64,000 nt of DNA from an uncultured Acidobacteriaceae bacterium (lineage in GTDB: Bacteria; Acidobacteriota; Terriglobia; Terriglobales; Acidobacteriaceae), in the NCBI GenBank assembly GCA_963835725.1, contig CAWIGM010000003.1:116487-180486 (forward strand), given 5' to 3'. This document shows, piece after piece, positions 9,466 to 17,870 of this stretch (position 1 is the stretch's first letter; the number at the start of each line of letters is the position of its first letter). Below the pieces are notes generated by a model. That model did no database searches, was not told the origin of the DNA, and saw only the letters and a program-made list of their open reading frames with translations. Both the position numbers and the translations under genes were made by a program.

Positions 9466-11200
9466 CGATGGTTGTCTGACTCATCGCGGCAAACATTTTC
9501 GAGTTGTCATCCTGAGCAGCGACGACTTTGTTCTGGTCGTCATTGCCGAATGATCTGCGGTCTGTCGTATTCGAAGGAGCTGTGTTTGGGCTCTCTACCG
9601 CAGGCTGAACAGCAGGGCTGAACCCATGTTCCATTGATGGCACATTGGCCGGTTGCGTAGCTAACACCGGCTTGTTCGGGTTCAGGCCCGGATAATCGGG
9701 CCGAACCGTCGCTACCAGGTTGTTCACCGGGGTGGAGAGAATCTGGAAGAACGGCTTGGGATACAGGCCGATCCAGAAAGCGATCAGGACCAGCGGAACG
9801 AACGTCGCCAGTTCGCGTCCGGAGAGATCGAGCAGCTTTTCGTTCTTGGGATTCTCGACCTTGCCAAAGAACACGCGCTGATAGAGCCACAGCAAATACG
9901 CCGCGGCCAGGATCACGCCCGGCACCGCCCACGCGGCCCAGATTTTGTTCTCCATGAATGTACCTTGGAGAATCGTGAACTCGCCGACGAAGCCGTTCAG
10001 CAGCGGCAGGCCCATCGACGACATAAACATGATCAGGGTAATGGTCGCGTACACCGGCATGACGTTCGAGATGCCGCCGTATTCCGAGATCTCGCGCGTG
10101 TGGCGCCGTTCGTACAGGATGCCGACGATCAAGAACAGTGCGCCAGTGGAGATTCCGTGGTTGATCTGCTGCAGCACCGAACCGCTCAGCCCCAACGGGC
10201 TGAGAGCGAAGATCCCCAGGGTGCAGAAGCCAAGATGGCTGACCGACGAGTAGGCCACCAGCTTTTTCATGTCCTTCTGTATCAGCGAGACCAGCGCGCC
10301 ATAAATGATGCCGATCAGCGACAGCGTGATCATCAACTGGCGTACCCACGGTGTCATCGCGACTGCCGGGAAGAATGGCAGCGAGAAGCGAATCATGCCG
10401 TAAGTTCCCATCTTCAGCAGAACGCCGGCCAGGATGACCGAGCCCGCAGTGGGCGCCTCGACGTGCGCGTCGGGCAGCCAGGTGTGGAACGGGAACATCG
10501 GCACCTTGATCGCGAAGCCGAGAAAGAAGGCGAAGAACAACCAGATCGCCGCGTGGCCGCCGATCTTCGGCGCCGTCGCGTAAAGGTCGGGCAAGTAGAA
10601 GGTGTAAACGCCGGTCAGCGTGTGGTGATGGAAGTAAAGGAACAGGATGCCCAGCAGCATCAGCACCGAGCCAAACAGGGTGTACAGGAAGAACTTGATC
10701 GCCGCATAGAGCTTGCGCGGTCCGCCCCAGATGCCGATCAGCAGATACATCGGCACCAGCATGGCCTCCCAGAAAACAAAGAAGAGGAACATGTCGTTGG
10801 CCATGAAGACGCCAAGCATGCCGGTCTGCAGCACCAGGAACCAGATGTAGTATTCCTTCACCCGCTCCTGGATGGCGTTCCACGACGACAGGATCGAGAT
10901 GGCGCCGAGCAGGGTGGTCAGCATGATCAGCAGGAATGAAATGCCGTCGATGCCGAGGACGTAGCCGGAGCCGATGGTCGGGATCCAGTTGTTGGGCGAG
11001 CCTTCGACAAATTGAAAGCCGGCGCGCTCCTTCAGTGCCCAGAACCAGGGGATCAATGGCAATGAAACCGCGAAGCCGAGGAAGGCGAAAACGTTAGCGA
11101 TCCAGCGGATCGCGTCCTTGTTCTCCTTCGGCACCAGCAATAGGAGAAGTGCTCCCACCAGCGGCGTGAATAAAACGATCGAAAGAATGTGGTTATACAT
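9446..11200 (-). CDS. nuoM: NADH-quinone oxidoreductase subunit M, with ~90-aa hydrophilic C-terminal extension
   Basis: 584-aa ORF with the ND4/NuoM motif HTWLPDAHVEAPTAGSVILAGVLLKMGTYG. The tail from about PDYPGLNPNK onward is non-membrane and low complexity. Confidence 0.9.
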   Translation of the reverse strand: MYNHILSIVLFTPLVGALLLLLVPKENKDAIRWIANVFAFLGFAVSLPLIPWFWALKERAGFQFVEGSPNNWIPTIGSGYVLGIDGISFLLIMLTTLLGAISILSSWNAIQERVKEYYIWFLVLQTGMLGVFMANDMFLFFVFWEAMLVPMYLLIGIWGGPRKLYAAIKFFLYTLFGSVLMLLGILFLYFHHHTLTGVYTFYLPDLYATAPKIGGHAAIWLFFAFFLGFAIKVPMFPFHTWLPDAHVEAPTAGSVILAGVLLKMGTYGMIRFSLPFFPAVAMTPWVRQLMITLSLIGIIYGALVSLIQKDMKKLVAYSSVSHLGFCTLGIFALSPLGLSGSVLQQINHGISTGALFLIVGILYERRHTREISEYGGISNVMPVYATITLIMFMSSMGLPLLNGFVGEFTILQGTFMENKIWAAWAVPGVILAAAYLLWLYQRVFFGKVENPKNEKLLDLSGRELATFVPLVLIAFWIGLYPKPFFQILSTPVNNLVATVRPDYPGLNPNKPVLATQPANVPSMEHGFSPAVQPAVESPNTAPSNTTDRRSFGNDDQNKVVAAQDDNSKMFAAMSQTTIVAAITN

Positions 11201-11212
11201 TATTGAAATCCA

Positions 11213-11247
11213 GCAATTAGCAATTAGCCGTTAGCAACTAGCTAAAT
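11213..11247. repeat. Heptamer tandem repeat (GCNNTTA x5) immediately upstream of the nuoM start
   Basis: Plus strand reads gcaatta gcaatta gccgtta gcaacta gctaaat. Confidence 0.85.
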
Positions 11248-11412
11248 CAAAATCGGGTGTCATCCTGAGCGCAGGCGCGCTTTTCGCGCCGCAAGCGTAC
11301 CCCGGGCTTCCGCCCGGGCTAATCACTTCCGCCCTTGGGGCTCAAGACCCAGTCTCACTCTCAAAGAACGTTCGGTCACATCGGACCGCACTGACAACCG
11401 ACAACTGTTCCT

Positions 11413-13542
11413 TCACCACTTCACGACGTAATAGAAAACGAAACCAACCAAACCCGCCACCATGACTAGCGCATACCACTGCACCAGGCCCCACTGCACC
11501 AGGCGCACCGGATACGACGCCAACCGCGTCACAACGGCCACACCATTGACGAAGAGGCCGTCGATAATCCACTTGTCCCACAGGTTCGACACGGTTCCGG
11601 CCATACGCGTGATCCAGCCTGCGCCGTTGACCGTACCGTCAATCACGTCGGCATCGAACTTCCACAAGCCTTCGCCGAGACCCATCACGCCTAGTCGCAC
11701 GTCGCCAACTTTCTTGCGGCCGGTGAATACCCAGTCGTAGATTTCGTCGACGTACCACTTGTGGAACAGCGTCGTGTAGAACGCAGGAGCGGCTTCCTGG
11801 ATCGGCTCCTTGTAGCCCTTGTCGGCCTTCTTGTACGCCCGCTGGGCGAGCCACCATCCCAGGATGGCCGCGGCGATGGAGGCTGACATCAGCACATACT
11901 CCGTGGGATTGGTGTGCTCTACCTGCTTCTCTCCGGCGGCCACTTGCGCGGCGTCGCCTTCGTGTTCAAGCACAACCGCTTCCTTCGCGAACACCGGCTC
12001 TAGGAACTTGCCAAAACGATCCGATCCGCCGAGGCTGTGAGGCATGCCAAGCAGCCCCGCGCCGATCGAGCAGATCGCCAGGATCACCAGCGGCACCGTC
12101 ATGGTCTTGGGCGATTCGTGAATGTGGTGCTCGACTTCATGACTCATACGCGGCTTGCCAAAGAACGTCAGATAAATAAGCCGGAACATGTAGAACGATG
12201 TCAGCAGCGCGGTGAAGAATCCGATGTACCACAGGTAGCGAAACGCGCCGCCTTCGCGCGACCAGGTCTCCCAAAGAATGGCGTCCTTGGAGAAGAACCC
12301 GGCAAAGCCCGGAATGCCGGAGATCGCCAGCGTCGCCACCAACATGGTGCCGAAGGTGGTCTTGATCTTCCCGCGCAGATTGCCCATGAACTGCATCTCC
12401 TGCTCGCCGCTCATGGAGTGGATCACTGATCCGGCTCCGAGGAAGAGCAGCGCCTTGAAGAACGCGTGCGTGAAGACGTGGAAGACACCAGCGGCAAAGG
12501 CGCCAACACCGAGCGCCAGGAACATGTAGCCGAGTTGCGAAACCGTCGAATACGCCAGGACGCGCTTAATGTCGTTCTGCACCAGGGCGATGGAGGCCGC
12601 AAAGATGGCAGTCAGCGCGCCGACGATTGCAACGGTCTTCATCGCCGTGGGCGCGAGTACAAACAGCGCATTCGAGCGCGCGACCATGTAGACGCCGGCG
12701 GTAACCATCGTCGCTGCGTGGATCAGGGCCGAGACAGGGGTCGGACCTTCCATCGCATCGGGCAGCCAGACGTACAGAGGAAATTGTGCGGACTTGCCGC
12801 AAGCGCCGACGAACAGGCAAAGACAGGCAAATGTAATCACGGGATCGCCGATGGCGAACTGCCCGCTGCGGGCCAGATGATTGATGGCCGTGAACTGCAC
12901 CGAACCGAAGTACCATGCGATACTCAGCAAGCCGAGAAGGAATCCGGCGTCGCCGACGCGATTCGTGATGAAAGCTTTATTGGCGGCGGTCGAAGCCGAG
13001 TGCCGCTGGAAGTAAAAACCGATCAGCAGGTACGAGCACAGGCCTACACCCTCCCAGCCGACAAACATCAGGGCATAGTTGTTGCCCAGGATCAGCGTCA
13101 GCATGGAGAACATGAATAAGTTCAGGTAGCCGAAGAAGCGGTAGTAGCCGCCTTCGTGCGCCATGTAGCCCATCGAGTAAATGTGGATGAGCATGCCCAC
13201 GCCGGTGACAAAGAGCAGCCAAATCGAGGACAGCGGGTCGAGCAGGAAACCGGCATCGGCATTGAACTGCGCCGCACCCCCGTGCATGGGATAAGCCAGT
13301 GACGTGCTGCCGGTGCCCAGCCAGGTGAACAGGATTGTTTCGAAGGGTTTGCCGGGGCTAGCGGCTGAGTATCCGGTGTACTGCCAGACGGCGAGGCAGG
13401 CCCACACGAACGCCAACACAACCATACCGACGCAGACGCCGTTCACCGCCGACTTCGAAAGCTTGCGTCCGAAGAAGAACATGCAAGCCGCCCCGAAGAC
13501 CGGGAACAGGGGAATCAACCAAATGTGCTCTAAGAAAAACAT
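11413..13542 (-). CDS. nuoL: NADH-quinone oxidoreductase subunit L
   Basis: 709-aa ORF with the ND5/NuoL motif LYVWLPDAMEGPTPVSALIHAATMVTAGVYM and a long C-terminal amphipathic arm region. Confidence 0.9.
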   Translation of the reverse strand: MFFLEHIWLIPLFPVFGAACMFFFGRKLSKSAVNGVCVGMVVLAFVWACLAVWQYTGYSAASPGKPFETILFTWLGTGSTSLAYPMHGGAAQFNADAGFLLDPLSSIWLLFVTGVGMLIHIYSMGYMAHEGGYYRFFGYLNLFMFSMLTLILGNNYALMFVGWEGVGLCSYLLIGFYFQRHSASTAANKAFITNRVGDAGFLLGLLSIAWYFGSVQFTAINHLARSGQFAIGDPVITFACLCLFVGACGKSAQFPLYVWLPDAMEGPTPVSALIHAATMVTAGVYMVARSNALFVLAPTAMKTVAIVGALTAIFAASIALVQNDIKRVLAYSTVSQLGYMFLALGVGAFAAGVFHVFTHAFFKALLFLGAGSVIHSMSGEQEMQFMGNLRGKIKTTFGTMLVATLAISGIPGFAGFFSKDAILWETWSREGGAFRYLWYIGFFTALLTSFYMFRLIYLTFFGKPRMSHEVEHHIHESPKTMTVPLVILAICSIGAGLLGMPHSLGGSDRFGKFLEPVFAKEAVVLEHEGDAAQVAAGEKQVEHTNPTEYVLMSASIAAAILGWWLAQRAYKKADKGYKEPIQEAAPAFYTTLFHKWYVDEIYDWVFTGRKKVGDVRLGVMGLGEGLWKFDADVIDGTVNGAGWITRMAGTVSNLWDKWIIDGLFVNGVAVVTRLASYPVRLVQWGLVQWYALVMVAGLVGFVFYYVVKW

Positions 13543-13543
13543 A

Positions 13544-13613
13544 GTAATTAGCCGTTAGCAATTAGCACTTAGCCAAACTGACCACTGGCAACTGGCCACT
13601 GGCTACTGCTTCT
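13544..13613. repeat. Ten consecutive in-phase heptamers filling the nuoK-nuoL spacer
   Basis: gtaatta gccgtta gcaatta gcactta gccaaac tgaccac tggcaac tggccac tggctac tgcttct (70 nt). Confidence 0.9.
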
Positions 13614-13919
13614 TCACCACTTCAACAAATCCACTTCGTCCACATTTACCGTCTCCTTGTTGCGGAAGAAGGCAATGATGATGCCCAGCCCGACGGCGGC
13701 TTCGGCCGCAGCATCGGTGATAACGAAGATGGAAAAAACTTGTCCGTGCAATCCGTACAGCCTCGAGAACGCAACCAGGTTCAGGTTCACGGCGTTCAGG
13801 ATCAGCTCGATCGACATCAGGATGATGATCACGTTCCGGCGGGTCAGCACGCCGATGGTGCCAATGATGAACAGCGCCGCCGCAACAACCAGGTAATGCA
13901 ATGTTGTGATCTCAGTCAT
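13614..13919 (-). CDS. nuoK: NADH-quinone oxidoreductase subunit K
   Basis: 101-aa, 3-TM ORF with [17 protein letters not shown] and [21 protein letters not shown], typical of NuoK/ND4L. Confidence 0.9.
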   Translation of the reverse strand: MTEITTLHYLVVAAALFIIGTIGVLTRRNVIIILMSIELILNAVNLNLVAFSRLYGLHGQVFSIFVITDAAAEAAVGLGIIIAFFRNKETVNVDEVDLLKW

Positions 13920-13929
13920 AAGAAACTCG

Positions 13930-14007
13930 GCAATTAGCCGTTAGCAATTAGCAAAACCTTTGCCGGTTATAACCGGCCACTGACCACTAGCCACTGGCCA
14001 CTGCTTC
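13930..14007. repeat. Heptamer repeats plus a 16-nt palindrome in the nuoJ-nuoK spacer
   Basis: gcaatta gccgtta gcaatta gcaaaac; then palindrome GCCGGTTATAACCGGC (13962-13977); then cggccac tgaccac tagccac tggccac tgcttc. Confidence 0.85.
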
Positions 14008-14526
14008 TCAAATCCTCTTCTTCGCCATGACTACAGCGCCTACGATGGCCACCAGCAGCAGCAGCGATGCAACCTCGAACGGCAGCATGTAATTGCCATA
14101 GAGCGCCAGTCCGATCTGCTGCGTGTTGTCGCCTTCGAGCCCGCGGAAGCTCTGCAGAAACGCGGCCGGAAATCCGCCGCGCCCGCTGCGCAGCACGAAT
14201 GCCAGCAGGCCGCCCAACGCTAGCGCGGCGATTGTTCCGACCGCCCACTGCTTGTTGAACTGATATTCGCGAATGTTCTGTTCGAGGTTGATCAGCATGA
14301 TTACGAACAAGAACAGCACCATGATTCCACCGGCGTAGAGGACGATCTGGACGCCAGCGACAAATGGGGCGTACAGCATGAGGTAAAAGCCGGCCAGCGA
14401 AAGCAGGGTCACAATGAGCGACAGCGCCGCGTGTACAGGATTGCGCCGGGTGATCACCGCGATCGCCGAAACGATGGCCATCACCGCGAGAAAGTAGAAG
14501 AAAAATGTTGTGGCAACTGGTGTCAT
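14008..14526 (-). CDS. nuoJ: NADH-quinone oxidoreductase subunit J
   Basis: 172-aa, 5-TM ORF in the conserved position between nuoI and nuoK. NuoJ/ND6-like FVAGVQIVLYAGGIMVLFLFVIML. Confidence 0.85.
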   Translation of the reverse strand: MTPVATTFFFYFLAVMAIVSAIAVITRRNPVHAALSLIVTLLSLAGFYLMLYAPFVAGVQIVLYAGGIMVLFLFVIMLINLEQNIREYQFNKQWAVGTIAALALGGLLAFVLRSGRGGFPAAFLQSFRGLEGDNTQQIGLALYGNYMLPFEVASLLLLVAIVGAVVMAKKRI

Positions 14527-14533
14527 AAAGTCA

Positions 14534-14641
14534 GCAATTAGCCCTTAGCAATTAGCAAAATCAAAACCGTAAGTTCGAATTCAGAAACCCTCGTCATAGA
14601 CTGCAAAACTAACTGGCCACTGGTCACTGACCACTGGCCAC
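14534..14641. repeat. Heptamer repeats at both ends of the nuoI-nuoJ spacer
   Basis: gcaatta gccctta gcaatta gcaaaat at 14534-14561, and tggccac tggtcac tgaccac tggccac at 14614-14641. The last unit overlaps the nuoI stop codon. Confidence 0.85.
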
Positions 14642-15102
14642 TACTTCTCGTACCTCACCGGCTTCGGACCCTCTTCCAGCGCCTGCTGGTCCAGCACCAT
14701 GCCGTCGCGGGTGTAGAGAGCCATCTCGAAGTCAGGCGTCAACTCCAGCGCGTCCGTCGAGCACGCCTCGGCGCACAGGCCGCAGAACAGGCAGCGGCTC
14801 AGGTCGTAGGTCCAGGTCACCGGGAATTTCCGCTTGCTCACCGGATCGCGGTCGCCCTTGATGACGATCAACTGCTCCGGGCAGGCTAGCGCGCACAGGT
14901 TGCAGACGATGCACTTGGAGTGACCTGATCCCTCATCCATGCGCAAACGCGGCTGTCCGCGAAAGCGTTCGGCAACTTTTGGCCGCTCCAGCGGATATTG
15001 CTCGGTGACAGCCTCGCTCGGGGCCTGGTAATTGAATGTGACCTTCAGACCCTTCACCAGATCAACTAGCAGGATCTTGCGAAGCAGCGGCGGCAGACTC
15101 AT
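14641..15102 (-). CDS. nuoI: NADH-quinone oxidoreductase subunit I (2x[4Fe-4S])
   Basis: Two ferredoxin motifs, [12 protein letters not shown] and [11 protein letters not shown]. The ATG at 15102 forms an ATGA overlap with the nuoH stop. The longer ORF-track N-terminus (to 15498) lies inside nuoH and is rejected. Confidence 0.9.
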   Translation of the reverse strand: MSLPPLLRKILLVDLVKGLKVTFNYQAPSEAVTEQYPLERPKVAERFRGQPRLRMDEGSGHSKCIVCNLCALACPEQLIVIKGDRDPVSKRKFPVTWTYDLSRCLFCGLCAEACSTDALELTPDFEMALYTRDGMVLDQQALEEGPKPVRYEK

Positions 15103-16380
15103 CGCAGCACCCCCAGAATCGCCGATGACATCTCGGGCAGCAGTCCTGCGATCGCGGTGGCAATCAATACCCCGAGTCCAGTCGGCAGCAGAACCTTCCA
15201 GCCGACTTTCATCAGCTGGTCGAAGCGGTAGCGCGGGAACGTACCGCGATACCAGATGTACAGGTACATGAAGAACGCGACTTTCGCGACGAACCAGAAG
15301 ATGTCCTGCACGCGCTCGCGAACGCCGGGGGCAAAGAGCACCAGACCGACGACGCCAAGGAGCAATCCAAAGACTGCCAGGCCGACCGTCTGGATCTTCA
15401 TTTGCGGAATTTTCGGCATACGCGCCGCGCCGAGCAGGCACAGGCCAGCAAGGCCCATCAGCGTCAGGCCTGGGACAAACGAGAACGCCACGTCCCACAC
15501 TGTGCCACCCAGCCAGTTCGGGAAGGGCCGCATCCAGCCACCCAACCAGAGCGTGACCGCGATCGCCGAAACCGCTAGCATGGCCGCATATTCGGCCAGG
15601 AAAAAGAGCGACCAGCGGAAGCCGCTGTATTCGGTGTGAAAGCCGGCGACTAATTCGGACTCGGCTTCGGGCAAGTCAAAGGGAGCGCGATTGGTCTCGG
15701 CCACCATAGCAATGGCAAAAACCATGAAGGCGATAAAGCCCAAGCGGGAAGAATTTGAAGATGAACCAGGTATGCTGCGCCGCCTGTGCCTCGACAATGC
15801 CGATCATGCTCAGCGTGCCCGTGCCCGTCTGCAAACTGGTCATCATGACGGCGCAGACAATCGCCAGACCCATGGCAATTTCGTACGACACCATCTGCGC
15901 ACTCGAGCGCAAGGAGCCCATCAGCGGGTAATGTGAGTTCGATGACCAGCCCGCCATGATGATGCCCAACACACCCAGCGACGAAACGCCGAGCATGAAG
16001 AGAATGCCGATGTTCATATCGGTCACGGCGTGGGTGCGTCCGAAGGGGACGACCAGGAACGTCGTGAAGGCCGTCATCGTGACGACGACCGGCGCGCTCC
16101 AGAACACCAACTTGTCGGCGTCGTGCGGAATGATGTCTTCCTTGATAAGCAGCTTCAGTGCGTCGGCGAAGGGCTGCAGCAATCCGTGCGGGCCGACGCG
16201 CATGGGACCGAGGCGGATCTGCATGTGCGCGAGAATCTTGCGCTCCAGCCAGTTCATCGCAATCACCGCCAGCGAAATGCCGATGGTGATGATCAGGATG
16301 TAGACGGTTGCCCAGAACATGCTGCCGGCTTCGCCAGGGGTGCCGGTTGAATGCAGGTATTTTGTGATCGCGTCAATCAT
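15099..16380 (-). CDS. nuoH: NADH-quinone oxidoreductase subunit H, with the frame broken by an apparent 1-nt insertion at the CCC run 15739-15741
   Basis: ORF 15676..16392 gives the NuoH N-terminal two thirds ([37 protein letters not shown]). ORF 15099..15797 gives the rest ([26 protein letters not shown]). The two halves join as ...FFPLG|FIAFMVF if one G of the GGG run (minus strand) is removed. Confidence 0.85.
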
Positions 16381-16594
16381 GGCTTGGCACACACGGGTTC
16401 GTTTTGAAAGGGCGCCTCTTCGTTTTGAAAGGGCACGGCTTCAGCCGTGCCGCCGACGTCACCTTTGAATGGAGCGTCGCGAGAAAAAGCTGCGCCCATC
16501 GCGCGTTGTTGAAAAGAGCACGACGCTGCCAGGTAGAAGCAGTGACGAAGTACGTCTGTCCGTTATTGGTCGCGTGCTCGCGGGTCGGCTTCAT
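16373..16594 (-). pseudogene. Remnant of a REP-associated tyrosine transposase (RAYT, IS200-like). Only ~43 N-terminal codons are recognisable.
   Basis: MKPTREHATNNGQTYFVTASTWQRRALFNNARWAQLFLATL parallels the N-terminus of the RAYT at 21081..21576 (TKTYFVTASAYTHQNLFQRTETADLLLATI). The HUH and Tyr motifs are absent. The rest of the ORF is a read-through of REP hairpins. Confidence 0.6.
16423..16451. repeat. REP hairpin (left flank of the RAYT remnant)
   Basis: TTTGAAAGG-GCACGGCTTCAGCCGTGCC, preceded by a tandem duplicate of cgttttgaaaggg. Confidence 0.8.
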
Positions 16595-16640
16595 GTCTGC
16601 TTTCCCTCAGGGGCTAAAGCCCTGCTTTTTCTTCGTCTTT

Positions 16641-16668
16641 GGCACGCCTGAAGGCGTGCCCTTTCAAA
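16641..16668. repeat. REP hairpin (right flank of the RAYT remnant), inverted relative to 16423-16451
   Basis: GGCACGCCTGAAGGCGTGCC-CTTTCAAA. It differs from the left copy by a compensatory G..C to C..G swap in the stem. Confidence 0.8.
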
Positions 16669-16673
16669 GCTCT

Positions 16674-17870
16674 TCACCGGTCCACCTCCCCCAGCACGAT
16701 GTCGAGCGTGCCGATCACCGCGACGACATCGGCGATCAGCAGGCCCCGCACCATCTTGTCGAGGGCTTGCAGATTGACGTAGGACGGCGGACGCACGCGC
16801 AACCTGTAGGGCTGCGTCGAGCCGTCGCTAACGATGAAATATCCCAGCTCGCCTTTGGGAGCTTCGATCGAGTGATAAACCTCGCCGGCGGGCGGCTTGA
16901 GGATTTTGGGCACCTTGGCCATGATCGGACCAGCGGGAAGGCTATCCACCGCCTGGCGAATGATGCGTACCGATTGCCGCATCTCCGCGATGCGCACCAG
17001 GTACCGATCGTAGGTGTCGCCGTTCACGCCGGTGGGAATCTCGAAGTCAAAGTTCTTGTAGGCTTCGTACGGTTGTGCTTTGCGCAGGTCCCACTTCACT
17101 CCGCTGGCCCGGAGAACTGGCCCGGTGACACCTAGCGCGATGCAATCTTCCGCCTTCAAAATACCGACGCCCTTTGTGCGGCGAACCCAGATACGGTTCG
17201 TCGTCAACAGCTCTTCGTATTCGTCGAGCTTGGGGAGGAAGGCGTCGCAAAAGTCTTGGCACTCTTTCTCGAACCCGTCATACGTCTCGTAAATACACCC
17301 GCCGATGCGGAATGCGTGCGTAGTCAGCCGCGCGCCGCAGTACTTCTCAAAAATCTCAAGGATGGCTTCGCGGTCGCGGAAACAATAGAACAGTGGTGTA
17401 AGCGCGCCGATGTCGAGCGCATGGGTGCCCAGCCAAACCTGATGGCTGGCGATGCGGCACAATTCCGTGAGGATGACGCGAATGTACTGCGCCCGTGCCG
17501 GAACCTCGGCATTGATCAGCTTCTCAACCGTCTCGCAGTAGCCCAGCCCATTCGAGACCGCCGCGACATAGTCCATGCGGTCGACATAGGGATTGAACAT
17601 CGCGTAGGTTCGGTTCTCGGCGATCTTCTCCACACCGCGATGCAGATAGCCAATCACGCATTCGGTGCCCAGAACCTTCTCGCCATCCAGCTTCAAGATG
17701 ACGCGCAGCACGCCGTGAGTCGAAGGGTGCTGAGGTCCCATATTGAGGACCATTTCCGTGGTGTCGAGGAAGGTCTGCTCTTTGGTATCGAGGTCGAGAT
17801 AGTCCACCACGCCGGGGCCGCTCTCACCGGGTTGCGCGTGGCGATAATCGGATTCGATCAGGTTCTTCAT
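16674..17870 (-). CDS. nuoD: NADH-quinone oxidoreductase subunit D
   Basis: [26 protein letters not shown] and the C-terminal DIVLGEVDR are NuoD/49-kDa motifs. The ATG at 17870 forms an ATGA overlap with the nuoC stop. Confidence 0.9.
   Translation of the reverse strand: MKNLIESDYRHAQPGESGPGVVDYLDLDTKEQTFLDTTEMVLNMGPQHPSTHGVLRVILKLDGEKVLGTECVIGYLHRGVEKIAENRTYAMFNPYVDRMDYVAAVSNGLGYCETVEKLINAEVPARAQYIRVILTELCRIASHQVWLGTHALDIGALTPLFYCFRDREAILEIFEKYCGARLTTHAFRIGGCIYETYDGFEKECQDFCDAFLPKLDEYEELLTTNRIWVRRTKGVGILKAEDCIALGVTGPVLRASGVKWDLRKAQPYEAYKNFDFEIPTGVNGDTYDRYLVRIAEMRQSVRIIRQAVDSLPAGPIMAKVPKILKPPAGEVYHSIEAPKGELGYFIVSDGSTQPYRLRVRPPSYVNLQALDKMVRGLLIADVVAVIGTLDIVLGEVDR

Noticed and set aside
9540-10883. 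447-aa ORF on the minus strand inside nuoM, in a different frame
   Set aside because: It is Arg/Gly/Pro/His-rich, with the composition typical of an off-frame read of a GC-rich gene. The nuoM frame has unmistakable ND4 motifs over the same DNA.
13908-13922. CRP-like half-match TGTGA-N6-TCATA at the nuoK start
   Set aside because: Only one good half-site is present. It lies across a coding start in an operon interior, so it is most likely chance.
11213-14641. Possibility that the nuo spacer repeats, or the REP arrays at 20983-21755, are CRISPR arrays
   Set aside because: The units are 7 nt (or ~37-43-nt REP hairpins) in direct contact with each other, with no unique spacers. There are no cas genes in the window. 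The REP units occur in inverted arrays around a RAYT.
15103-15498. N-terminal 132-codon extension of the nuoI ORF
   Set aside because: It lies entirely within nuoH coding sequence in another frame. The conserved NuoI N-terminus begins at the ATG at 15102, which overlaps the nuoH stop as ATGA.
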